In this document: positions 1-8,963 of the stretch, one piece after another
Numbering within the stretch: position 1 is the stretch's first letter
How the letters are laid out: each line of letters begins with the position of its first letter
NCBI GenBank assembly: GCA_903944345.1
Contig: CAJARJ010000002.1
Coordinates: forward strand, 1,969 to 65,968
Length of the DNA stretch: 64,000 nucleotides
DNA from: Candidatus Omnitrophota bacterium
GTDB taxonomy: Bacteria; Omnitrophota; Gorgyraeia; Zapsychrales; Fredricksoniimonadaceae
Reading direction: 5' to 3'
Position numbers and translations under genes: made by a program
The notes under the pieces: model-generated
What the model saw: the letters and a program-made list of their open reading frames with translations, nothing else
The model's database searches: none
Told to the model about the DNA's origin: nothing

Positions 1-486
1 CTGTGCCCAAAAAGCTTTCCCCGCCTGATCCTCAGGATACATAAGAGAAGAAGTAAACTGCTTGAGCAAATAATCCTGCGCCAAAAGATCGCGCCCCATC
101 TGGGTTCCGGCAAAATTATCCGGAATAATCCTAGTGCTCTCATATGGAGACAAGTTAACCCACATATCATTGTTGGGAGTCGTCAGCGAAGCCAGAAAAT
201 ACTTGATCAGCTTGCTATACTCATTTTCCTTTATATCCGCGTCAAGGGCCTGCTCGCCCTTGTTCATAACAAAATAAAAATTGAACGGATTTTTGAGATC
301 CATCCGCATTCCCACCATGCGGGCAGGAGCAAACGCCACAGTCACCGGCGCCATTTCGCCCGGGGCTGGCATTGGAGCCACTACCTGTGCAAAGCCGCTT
401 TGCGCGGGAATCATCGCCAGCAACGACCCGATAATAGTCACGGCCAGGCTCTTGAAAAGACTCCATCGAATAAACTGTTGAAACAT
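1..486 (-). CDS. Conserved-N-domain large exported protein family, paralog A (5' part only; runs off window start)
   Basis: Absent from the ORF track because there is no stop in the window. ATG at 486 follows GGAGG. Manual translation MFQQFIRWSLFKSLAVTIIGSLLAMIPAQSGFAQ...LIKYFLASLTTPNNDMWVNLSPYESTRII...GRDLLAQDYLLKQ is nearly identical to the N-terminus of 683..4222. Confidence 0.9.
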   Translation of the reverse strand, partial: MFQQFIRWSLFKSLAVTIIGSLLAMIPAQSGFAQVVAPMPAPGEMAPVTVAFAPARMVGMRMDLKNPFNFYFVMNKGEQALDADIKENEYSKLIKYFLASLTTPNNDMWVNLSPYESTRIIPDNFAGTQMGRDLLAQDYLLKQFTSSLMYPEDQAGKAFWAQ

Positions 487-617
487 ATACTTCCTCCGTT
501 GATTATAAATAACCGGAATCTGCCTTTAACCCTGACTTTATTGAATAAAGAAATCGAGGTTACTCCGGCCGCCATGTTACCTTTTGTAGATTTGTGTAAG
601 TATATAGCATAGAATGA

Positions 618-649
618 CAAAAAACAAGGCCGGAGCAAAACTCCGGCCT
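618..649 (-). terminator. Intrinsic terminator after paralog B
   Basis: Perfect 9-bp stem AGGCCGGAG/CTCCGGCCT (627-649) followed on the minus strand by TGTTTTTTG, about 35 nt after the stop at 683. Confidence 0.85.
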
Positions 650-682
650 CATATAGCACAAATAACTACTATTGTTGGGAAC

Positions 683-3600
683 TTACCTTACAGCCATCCG
701 CATCAAATCATTCAAAACCGGCAAATTCTGTGGCGTGACCGGACCGATCTCGCGAATGATCGGCGACAGCCCTTCAATATTCACCATGGCCGGATCCTGC
801 ATGGAAGCCGGTAAAGGCATCCCCGCTCCGTCCACCTTGATATTGATCTTCAAATACTTGTCGCTCATCGTGATACCACCAACGTCGTCCTGATCTGCGT
901 TTGCCCGGATACCCGCCTGGGCCCTGGTTGACAAACGATCCCTGACCGCTTGCGCTGTCTCTTGCGCTGCCCGCATAACATTCTCTGACTCCTGAAGCAA
1001 CCGTTCCTGGGCCATATAATTACTCACAATATTCGGCGCAACCTGAATTTCTGCAAGCTGCTTGTCCAGGCGACCAATCGACAGATTCAAACGATTCATA
1101 TCCCGGCCGATACGAGCCAAACTCTTGCCACGGTTCAACCCGGTGCGTTCAGCATCATATCGCGCCTGAAACCCGGCCAAAGCCTGCTCCAACACTCCTC
1201 GACTAGCCACAATCCCTTGCGCCTGCCCTAAACCTGCGGCACTCATTTGCTCAAAACGCGCAGCCAGACCTTCAATTGAACTTCTTTGTCCTTCCAGCTG
1301 GCGCGTTTTGTTCAGGCTCTCCCGCATCTGTCCCACCGAAGAAAGAACTTCCTTCAACTGTGTGCGCTGCGCATCAAAGACCTGCCCGAGAGCGCCAACT
1401 TCCAGCTTCTCTCCAGTCTGCTCCTGCCCCCACGCCACCGCCTCACGAAACTGATCCAACTGGCGCGTCACCACATCCAGGGCCTTGACTCGCTCGGCAG
1501 AAAGGCTCTGGATCTGCTTGAGATTATCTGCAATCTGCTGTTTAAGTTCGGCCGACTGATTCTCCAAAACCTCCACATCAGCATCCGGATCTGCCGCCAA
1601 TGCCGAAGACATGTTTTGCTCCACAAGCCGCTGACGTTGTTCGAGAGCACTGTTCTGAGTCCTGATGGCTTGCTCTCTGGTATTCCAGACGGCAGATTCA
1701 TCTCCTACGGCCTTCTCCAGAGCCGCTTGCGTGATATTTGCATCCCGATCAGTCAGAATCCGCAAATTATTTTCCATCGCATCAATACGTGCAATCCGCT
1801 CATTAACAGCCTCGACCTGCGCCTGCAAATCGTTTCTGGCCGCGGAAGCCGCAGCCAGCACCTCCGGTACTCTTCTAACCTGACCGCCAAGACTCTCCGA
1901 CATCCGGTCAATTCGCGGAACTTCGACCGCTACCGGACGGGCAATTTCAGGCAAACGGAATTCAGTCTGCTGAAGAATCGGCTTTTGCGGAGCTTGCGGA
2001 GCTACAGGTGTCTCGGGAGCTTCCGGCGCCGCAACCGCTGGACGAGCCGCACCGGCTGCAGAACGAACCCCGCGCAATAAGTCTCTTAATTCCTGCGGGG
2101 TCACTATTTGATCTTCTGCAATCCGGCTAAAACTGTCCGCCAGATCTTTATCATCTTGAGCACGTGCACTTAAAGCCTTCGCCTCACTGTCTGCCGCCTG
2201 GGCTGCCGCCTGGGCCGCCGCCAATTTATTAGCTTCTTTATTACTCTTGAGCTGCCGGGCTTTACGACGAACCCAGGCCGCACCCCAACCCATAAAACCG
2301 CCACCCAAAGCCCCCAAAGCATAAGCCATCAAGCCGTCATTATTCTGGCGAGCCAACTGAATAACTGCTTTTACCTGATCCCCAGCCGAAGAATCTCCCC
2401 GCTCCAGCGCTGTAGACGCTCCCAAAATCTGCTCGGCATAGGACACGGAAGCACCCCATTCACTGCTCTTGGCTTGCCAATCAGTTGCCACCGCCTCCAG
2501 ATCTGCTGATCTGTCCTCAAGCTCTCGGGCTGAATCACGAAGTCGCCCAGCAGAAACATCACCTGACTGTGTCGCCGCACCTGCAATCGTCGAAGCAGCA
2601 GTATCTCTAACCCTATCGGAAGCGCGTACCGCTGCCTGGGCCTTGCCTTGAACTTCCTTCGTTGAAGCAGCGATGGCTGTTGTATATGTTTTTCCGTTGC
2701 GCTGCCAGAGAAACGTATCAACTCCTGCTCTGCGCGCGGCAGCAAACGCCTGGGAGAAATTACCATCAAATGTCCGCAAGACTCCTCCCGGCGCTGTTTT
2801 TCCAGCACCAGCTCTGGCCTCCCGCTGCTGCACGCGCTCGACCAGCATCTCCTCTGCCAACCGCTGATCCGGCTCCGACAACTGAGAATACTTCCCTCCC
2901 CCGGCAAGATGCGAACGCAAAGCCTCGCGCACCTGTTGGGGATTAGACACCAGCTCTCGCTGGTCTGTATCCTGAAGCGCCGATGCCGTGGCTGCAACTA
3001 CCGGAGAAGCCGATGTGGCACTCAAGATCAAAGCCAGTGCTCCGGCGGCAACTGTCGCCAAGGTGACCTGTGCGGCATCCAGACGTGAATCCGCCGCCGC
3101 AGCCTGCAGAACCGGCGCGGCCCGCTGAGGGCCGACCGCACGGGCAGTCCTATCGAAGTCAATCGGCAAAGCTCCCCCGGAGAAATACTTGCGCGGCAGC
3201 ATTTCCTGTGTCAAGGGATCCATGTCTTCCTTGATATAGTTGAAGACACCAATCTTGTAAGCCTCAAGGTACTGCTGATAAATCTTTTCGCGAGCCTGTG
3301 GATCATTAACCTCAACTCCGGCCACCTTGCTCTTGTCCGCATACACCTGTCCCAGCAAGCTTTCTTTAAGTGTCTTTTTAAACCATGCCGCAAGAATCAT
3401 CGAATTATAAATCTGGCGTACCTGGGCAAAATTGGAGCCTTCATTAACTTCTTTTTCAATAATCGGAATAATCACCTCACGCACCACATCCGAAGCAATC
3501 TTGCGCGCGGCATCTGTTTCCCCCGACTGATCCTCGATCACATTACCGAACATCTCCTTGTTCTCCTCGATCGCCATGAAATCCTGCTCCATCATGACCT

Positions 3601-4222
3601 TCAAATGGCTGTCCACCAAAAACACGGTGTCATCTTTCTGATAAATATCCGCACGGTCTGGAACAATCCACACCTTGTTAAAGGTATCCACCGGAATATC
3701 GGTCGTGCCAAATTCTTCCTGCGCCCGGGAATAAACCCGCTCCCAGAAAAGTTTCCCGGTCTCGTCCTCGGGATACATGAGTGACGAGGCAAACTGCTTG
3801 AGCAGATAATCCTGCGCCAGCAAATCCCGGCCCATCTCGGTCCCGGCAAAGTTATCCGGGATAATCCTGGTGCTTTCATAAGGAGACAAGTTGACCCACA
3901 TGTCATTATTGGGAGTCGTCAGCGAGGCCAGGAAATACTTGATCAGTTTGTTATACTCGTTCTTCTTTATATCCGCTTCCAGAAACTGTTCGCCCTTGTT
4001 CATGACAAAATAAAAGTTGAACGGATTTTTGAGATCCATCCGCATCCCCACCATACAGGCCGGAGAGAATGAACCGGAAACAGCGGTCATTTCTCCTGGA
4101 GGTGGCATGGGCGCAATCACTTGGGCATAACCCGATTCAGCAGGGATCATGGCAATAAAAGCCGCAAGCACCACAAAGGTGACCCCTTTAAACCAACGCC
4201 AATGTAAAAGGTTCTGGAACAT
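683..4222 (-). CDS. Conserved-N-domain large exported protein, paralog B (~1179 aa; hydrophobic segments plus long coiled-coil cargo)
   Basis: Start moved to ATG 4222 (GGAGG upstream). Signal peptide ending GYAQ, family N-domain to PRKYFSGG, Gly-rich hydrophobic helix ALGALGGGFMGWGAAWV, Ala/Gln/Glu heptad-rich region, C-terminal GGITM...DPAM...GLSPII. Confidence 0.9.
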   Translation of the reverse strand: MFQNLLHWRWFKGVTFVVLAAFIAMIPAESGYAQVIAPMPPPGEMTAVSGSFSPACMVGMRMDLKNPFNFYFVMNKGEQFLEADIKKNEYNKLIKYFLASLTTPNNDMWVNLSPYESTRIIPDNFAGTEMGRDLLAQDYLLKQFASSLMYPEDETGKLFWERVYSRAQEEFGTTDIPVDTFNKVWIVPDRADIYQKDDTVFLVDSHLKVMMEQDFMAIEENKEMFGNVIEDQSGETDAARKIASDVVREVIIPIIEKEVNEGSNFAQVRQIYNSMILAAWFKKTLKESLLGQVYADKSKVAGVEVNDPQAREKIYQQYLEAYKIGVFNYIKEDMDPLTQEMLPRKYFSGGALPIDFDRTARAVGPQRAAPVLQAAAADSRLDAAQVTLATVAAGALALILSATSASPVVAATASALQDTDQRELVSNPQQVREALRSHLAGGGKYSQLSEPDQRLAEEMLVERVQQREARAGAGKTAPGGVLRTFDGNFSQAFAAARRAGVDTFLWQRNGKTYTTAIAASTKEVQGKAQAAVRASDRVRDTAASTIAGAATQSGDVSAGRLRDSARELEDRSADLEAVATDWQAKSSEWGASVSYAEQILGASTALERGDSSAGDQVKAVIQLARQNNDGLMAYALGALGGGFMGWGAAWVRRKARQLKSNKEANKLAAAQAAAQAADSEAKALSARAQDDKDLADSFSRIAEDQIVTPQELRDLLRGVRSAAGAARPAVAAPEAPETPVAPQAPQKPILQQTEFRLPEIARPVAVEVPRIDRMSESLGGQVRRVPEVLAAASAARNDLQAQVEAVNERIARIDAMENNLRILTDRDANITQAALEKAVGDESAVWNTREQAIRTQNSALEQRQRLVEQNMSSALAADPDADVEVLENQSAELKQQIADNLKQIQSLSAERVKALDVVTRQLDQFREAVAWGQEQTGEKLEVGALGQVFDAQRTQLKEVLSSVGQMRESLNKTRQLEGQRSSIEGLAARFEQMSAAGLGQAQGIVASRGVLEQALAGFQARYDAERTGLNRGKSLARIGRDMNRLNLSIGRLDKQLAEIQVAPNIVSNYMAQERLLQESENVMRAAQETAQAVRDRLSTRAQAGIRANADQDDVGGITMSDKYLKINIKVDGAGMPLPASMQDPAMVNIEGLSPIIREIGPVTPQNLPVLNDLMRMAVR

Positions 4223-4380
4223 AACGCCTCCGTTTATAAAGCCCGCAAAAAACACTTTCTTTATCTTAGAACGACGCAGCCACAAGAAAGTATGTCTGAT
4301 AATTGACAAGAAAACAAGCAGGATCAACGAAGAAAAACAGGACTCACGACCAGAATGAAGGCGGATGTCATAATATGTAA

Positions 4381-5214
4381 TTATATGCAGTCAGCAGAAG
4401 AAGAAACTATGACAATTCCGGCACGATCGGCCAGAGAAACGGTGCGTTCCCGGTCAATAACAAGAGTACGTTCAGCCTCAATGCACAAACAGCCGCAGCG
4501 AGCACGGCGCATATGCTCAATGGTACGCGGGCCAATAACCGGAACATCAAAACGACTGTCCTGCTTGGGCTTGGACATCTTGACCACCACCGCCCCCTCA
4601 CGCGCGATCAGTCCTCCACGCGTTATGCAGCGGTCAGTTCCCTCCATAGCTTCAATAGCAACAATAGCCTTGCCCTTGACCACCACAGTCTGACCAACAT
4701 CCAATCCCCCCATCTGCCGGGCCAAATCAATACCAAAAGAGATATCGGCCAATTGTTCTTCAGTCGGGGCTTTACGGGTCAGAGTCCCTCGAGGCGCCAG
4801 AAACTCCCTGAGCAGCAGGGTAGAATCCAGAAGTTCCATTCCTTCTGCCTTCAGGCGATCGGCTACCGCGCCAAAGATCGTATCGCAGCGGCGATCCGCC
4901 AACGCTGCAAACAAAGCCCGGTAATCCTCGTCCACCGGGCGGCGATTGTTAAACAATGTATCCGGATTGATCTGCCCGGCCATAATGACGTGCCGCAGGC
5001 CTCGCTCCCGAAAAAAAGCAAAAAAACGACGCATCTCACCTGGAGTAAACCAGCGGACTTCATCACTGCAGAAATGAATTAAAAAAGACGCGTCCCCTCT
5101 GGCGGCGGCGGTAATGACTTTAATCCCCTGACGGCGGGCTGCCTGGGCAAACAAAAGAGGGAAACGTCCGTTACCGGCAATAAGGCCAATCTGGGAAGGC
5201 AAAGAAGAAGGCAT
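4381..5214 (-). CDS. lpxI: UDP-2,3-diacylglucosamine diphosphatase LpxI
   Basis: IGLIAGNG, DVGQTVVV, AIEAMEGTD and KPKQDSRFDVPVIG motifs; directly follows lpxA. Confidence 0.9.
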   Translation of the reverse strand: MPSSLPSQIGLIAGNGRFPLLFAQAARRQGIKVITAAARGDASFLIHFCSDEVRWFTPGEMRRFFAFFRERGLRHVIMAGQINPDTLFNNRRPVDEDYRALFAALADRRCDTIFGAVADRLKAEGMELLDSTLLLREFLAPRGTLTRKAPTEEQLADISFGIDLARQMGGLDVGQTVVVKGKAIVAIEAMEGTDRCITRGGLIAREGAVVVKMSKPKQDSRFDVPVIGPRTIEHMRRARCGCLCIEAERTLVIDRERTVSLADRAGIVIVSSSADCI

Positions 5215-6020
5215 CAGTCTCCGTCGCCGACTGTCGAACCACTTAATATGCCCCGCTCGGACGATTTGATAAACTGCACCAGATGCCTGAGCTCGGCCGT
5301 CTGCTCAATCTCCTGCTCGATACGTTCAACGGCTGTAGAACGAGCCAGGCCGGAATTAAAAACCAGCCGGAAGGCTTCCTTGAGATTCTTGACCGCGGAA
5401 AGCGGCATTTTGGCCCGCTTGAGCCCCACACTGTTAATCCCATAAACCGCGGCCGGCATACCGACTGACAAGGAAAACGGAGGAACGTCCTGAGTAACAC
5501 GCGAACAGCCGCCAATCATGGAAAACTTGCCCACACGGGTAAACTGATGGATCCCCACCAGTCCGCCTACGATAACATTGTCTTCCACCAGCACATGCCC
5601 CGCCAGTGTGGCCGCATTGGCCATAACACAATCACTGCCGATCTGACAGTCATGCGCCGCATGCGCATAGGCCATAAACAAATTATTATTGCCAATACAT
5701 GTTACTCCGCCACCGTCAAGGGTCCCGCGGTGAATGGTCACAAACTCCCGGAAAATATTATTGTCCCCGATCTCAAGCCGGGTCTGATCCCCGCGCCGAT
5801 GCTTTTTGTCCTGGGGATCCTGGCCAATTGAAGCGCTGGAAAAAATCCGGTTCAGCCGGCCGATCACCGTTGTTCCACTGATCATGCAATGCGCCCCGAT
5901 TTCGGTTCCATCACCAATGGTCACGTCACCTTCTATAATCGTGTATGGGCCGATCACAATATTATCTCCGAGTTTGACCTCTGGAGCAATAATGGCTGTA
6001 GAATGAATGCTATTTGACAT
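5214..6020 (-). CDS. lpxA: Acyl-ACP--UDP-N-acetylglucosamine O-acyltransferase
   Basis: Hexapeptide repeats; PQDKK, IHRGT, HAAHDC and IHQF motifs. Confidence 0.95.
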   Translation of the reverse strand: MSNSIHSTAIIAPEVKLGDNIVIGPYTIIEGDVTIGDGTEIGAHCMISGTTVIGRLNRIFSSASIGQDPQDKKHRRGDQTRLEIGDNNIFREFVTIHRGTLDGGGVTCIGNNNLFMAYAHAAHDCQIGSDCVMANAATLAGHVLVEDNVIVGGLVGIHQFTRVGKFSMIGGCSRVTQDVPPFSLSVGMPAAVYGINSVGLKRAKMPLSAVKNLKEAFRLVFNSGLARSTAVERIEQEIEQTAELRHLVQFIKSSERGILSGSTVGDGD

Positions 6021-6029
6021 ATCTCTCTC

Positions 6030-7337
6030 TTATCCGCCGAAAGCAAAACCCATTTCAGCTTCACAAACAACTTCGCCGTCCACCTTGCAGACCCCTTTGG
6101 CCTGTGCTACCCGGGAACGTGCCTTGATCACTTCAACTTCCATCACAACCTGATCTCCAGGCTCAATCACCTTTCGAAACTTGACATTATTAACTGACAT
6201 AAAGAACGCCAGCTTACCTTTAAGTTCCGGATTTGAAAGCATAACCACACCCGTCACCTGGGCCATGGCCTCGACCATCAGAACGCCAGGCATGACCGGA
6301 CGCGCCGGAAAATGTCCCTGGAAAAACGCTTCGTTCATGGTCACATTCTTGATCGCCACCGCCCTTTTACCCACCTCAATCGAGATAATACGATCAACCA
6401 GCAGGAAAGGATAACGATGCGGAATAATATCCATAATACCCCGGACATCAATCCGGCCATCAGAAGATTCGTTAATCCTCCTCTGAACACGCGTTGACTC
6501 GTAACGCTGTTTCTGTTCAAAGATCTTCTTGAGCAGGGCACGATTGAGCGCATGCCCGCTTTTGAACGCAAACACATGCCCCTTAAGGGCAATCCCAAGC
6601 AAATAAAGATCCCCGACACAATCCATCATTTTATGCCGAGCCGGCTCGTCTACAAAGCGCAAGGTGTTATGCAATACGCCCTGGGGGCCGAACACCAGCG
6701 TGTTTTCGTAACTGGCTCCCTGCCCCAGTCCCTTGGCCCGGATCGCATCGGCCTCATCCGCCAGGCAAAACGTGCGGCAGGCGGCCAACTCTTTCTGAAA
6801 GATTTCCGGATTGATCGCAAATGTGCAGGACTGCTTGAGCAAAGGATGCGGATAATCCAGAGAATAAGAAACCCGAAAATCTTCTGCCGGAACGATGGTG
6901 ACACAGGCACCTTTATCGGACACCGTAATAGGTTCACGAATAGCGAAAACATTCTTTTCGGTCTCAAGCTCACTGACCCCCGCCGACAACAAGGCTTGCA
7001 AAAAAATATCCGCGCTGCCGTCTCCGCCGGGAGGCTCGTCATTGTCCATCTCGATACGGATATTATCGACACCCATTCCTGAAAGAGCACTCATCAGATG
7101 CTCGACAGTATAAATAACCGCTTCTCCCCGTTTAATCGCCGAATAGCGGCCGCCTTCCATGCCATGAATCACGTCGAAAGACCCCAGAGTAATCGGCCCC
7201 TCCGCAAGCTTATCAGTACGAACAAAAATAATTCCGGTCCCTGCTGGCGCCGGCTTCATGGTAAATGACACCGGATGCCCGGTATGCAGTCCCTTGCCTT
7301 GCAAGGAAATTTCTTTGGCAATAGTCCTCTGCTTCAC
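6030..7337 (-). CDS. lpxC: Bifunctional LpxC deacetylase / FabZ dehydratase fusion
   Basis: N-terminal KQRTI...GLHTG, TVEH and RHKMMD (LpxC); C-terminal PHRYPFLLVDR and FQGHFP (FabZ). Confidence 0.95.
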   Translation of the reverse strand: MKQRTIAKEISLQGKGLHTGHPVSFTMKPAPAGTGIIFVRTDKLAEGPITLGSFDVIHGMEGGRYSAIKRGEAVIYTVEHLMSALSGMGVDNIRIEMDNDEPPGGDGSADIFLQALLSAGVSELETEKNVFAIREPITVSDKGACVTIVPAEDFRVSYSLDYPHPLLKQSCTFAINPEIFQKELAACRTFCLADEADAIRAKGLGQGASYENTLVFGPQGVLHNTLRFVDEPARHKMMDCVGDLYLLGIALKGHVFAFKSGHALNRALLKKIFEQKQRYESTRVQRRINESSDGRIDVRGIMDIIPHRYPFLLVDRIISIEVGKRAVAIKNVTMNEAFFQGHFPARPVMPGVLMVEAMAQVTGVVMLSNPELKGKLAFFMSVNNVKFRKVIEPGDQVVMEVEVIKARSRVAQAKGVCKVDGEVVCEAEMGFAFGG

Positions 7338-8374
7338 AATCGATCTCCCACTTTCTTCTCCAGCGCCGCGACCTGTGCTTTCAACAATTTAATTTCTTCG
7401 GCATACCGAGGAAGTCGTTTGGTATGCGCCATAATCCGGGTAGCCACAGCATATTCTTCTGCCGGAGTTCCAAACATTTTGGCGCCCGGATCAACATCCT
7501 TGGTAATCCCCGACTGAGCCGCCACAACCGCCCGCTCCCCGACTTTTGTATGCCCGGCCACGCCCACCTGACCGGCAATAATAGCATTGCGCCCTATATG
7601 CGCACTCCCGGCAATACCTGCCAGGGCTATAATCAAGGCATTCTCCTCAATCTGGACATTATGCGCTATCTGCACCAGATTATCAATTTTGCTGCCGCGA
7701 CCAATACGTGTCTGGTCGAAACGGGCGCGGTCAATCGTCACACAAGCCCCGATCTCAACATCGTCCCCGATTTCGACTCCGCCTATCTGGGGAATCTTGA
7801 CATGACGATCATCAACCTGGACATAACCGAAACCATCGGACCCCACCACTGTTCCGCTGTGGATAATCACATTATTCCCAAGAGTAACACCTTCGCGCAA
7901 GGTCACATTGGGATAAATCAGGCAGTCCTGCCCAACCACCGTCCGGTGACCGACATAAACACCGGCACCAATCTGTGAACCGCGACCGATCTGGGCTCCG
8001 GACTCAATCACCGCGCAAGGCCCCACCGCCGCTTCAGGATGCACAAGCGCGTCGCCTGCCACGACTGCAGAAGAATGAATTCCGCTAAGACGCGCAATGG
8101 CATCTTCCTTGAACAGTCCCATAACCCGGGAGAAAGCAAGAGAAGGATTATCGGTCTGGATAAGATTCTTACCCTCAACAAAAACACCGTGCTCGACCAG
8201 AATGGCACACGCACGGGTTCCTGCAGCCAACGGAATATATTTCTTGTTAGCCAGAAAAGTCAAATCAGTAGAAGATGCTTCCTTGATGCCGGCGACACCG
8301 GAAACGATCAACTGATCGTCTCCAACGACGCGGCCGCCGATTTCTCGAGCGACATCGGCGAGCGTTCTTTGCAT
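7334..8374 (-). CDS. lpxD: UDP-3-O-acyl-glucosamine N-acyltransferase
   Basis: GSDGFGY, KIPQIG and KIDNLVQIAHN motifs. Confidence 0.95.
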   Translation of the reverse strand: MQRTLADVAREIGGRVVGDDQLIVSGVAGIKEASSTDLTFLANKKYIPLAAGTRACAILVEHGVFVEGKNLIQTDNPSLAFSRVMGLFKEDAIARLSGIHSSAVVAGDALVHPEAAVGPCAVIESGAQIGRGSQIGAGVYVGHRTVVGQDCLIYPNVTLREGVTLGNNVIIHSGTVVGSDGFGYVQVDDRHVKIPQIGGVEIGDDVEIGACVTIDRARFDQTRIGRGSKIDNLVQIAHNVQIEENALIIALAGIAGSAHIGRNAIIAGQVGVAGHTKVGERAVVAAQSGITKDVDPGAKMFGTPAEEYAVATRIMAHTKRLPRYAEEIKLLKAQVAALEKKVGDRL

Positions 8375-8386
8375 GACAAACAGCCT

Positions 8387-8908
8387 TTATTTTTTAGGTG
8401 CCTTGTAGGCATCATTAAGCTTTTTAAGTATGGGATCCGTTATATCCGCGGTGTCCTGTCCATAAACCAGAATGCGATTATTTAGGACAAAGCTGATCCC
8501 TTCCTTCTTAGCGTGTTCACTGACCGTTTTCTCGATTTCCAGAAGAATCTCTCTGACTTTCTCATCGCGCACCTTGGTCAGGTCTGTCCGCTGGGCACGA
8601 TCGAACTCAAGCACTTCATTCTTCTGTTTTTCAAGATCGGCCTCTGCCTTCTTTTTTTCTTCGTCTTTAAGAAGAGCGGCCTTGCCCTGTAATTCCTTGA
8701 TCTTGTCAACCTTGGCATTGCGCTCTTCCTGGAACTTGGTGCTGCTAGCTTCCAGGGTTTTGTCGTAAGCCTTAGTTTTCTCATAATTGTCAAAAATCTT
8801 GGCCAGATCAACATACGCAATCTTGAGATCGGCAGCTCCCGCGCGGCACACAAACAGCATAAGCGCAAAAAAAGCTGACATTAAAACCGTCTTTCCCAAA
8901 CCCTTCAT
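8387..8908 (-). CDS. skp: OmpH/Skp periplasmic chaperone
   Basis: Signal peptide, KIAYVD motif, helical body and DIT ending; lies between bamA and lpxD; AAGGAGG precedes ATG 8908. Confidence 0.9.
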   Translation of the reverse strand: MKGLGKTVLMSAFFALMLFVCRAGAADLKIAYVDLAKIFDNYEKTKAYDKTLEASSTKFQEERNAKVDKIKELQGKAALLKDEEKKKAEADLEKQKNEVLEFDRAQRTDLTKVRDEKVREILLEIEKTVSEHAKKEGISFVLNNRILVYGQDTADITDPILKKLNDAYKAPKK

Positions 8909-8963
8909 AACTGCCTCCTTTATTAACATAAGCCCGACCAGGAGTCTCTCCGGCCGGAAATCG

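Noticed and set aside
6030-7337. LpxC-FabZ fusion as a novelty
   Set aside because: This fusion is already well known, for example in Bacteroidota.
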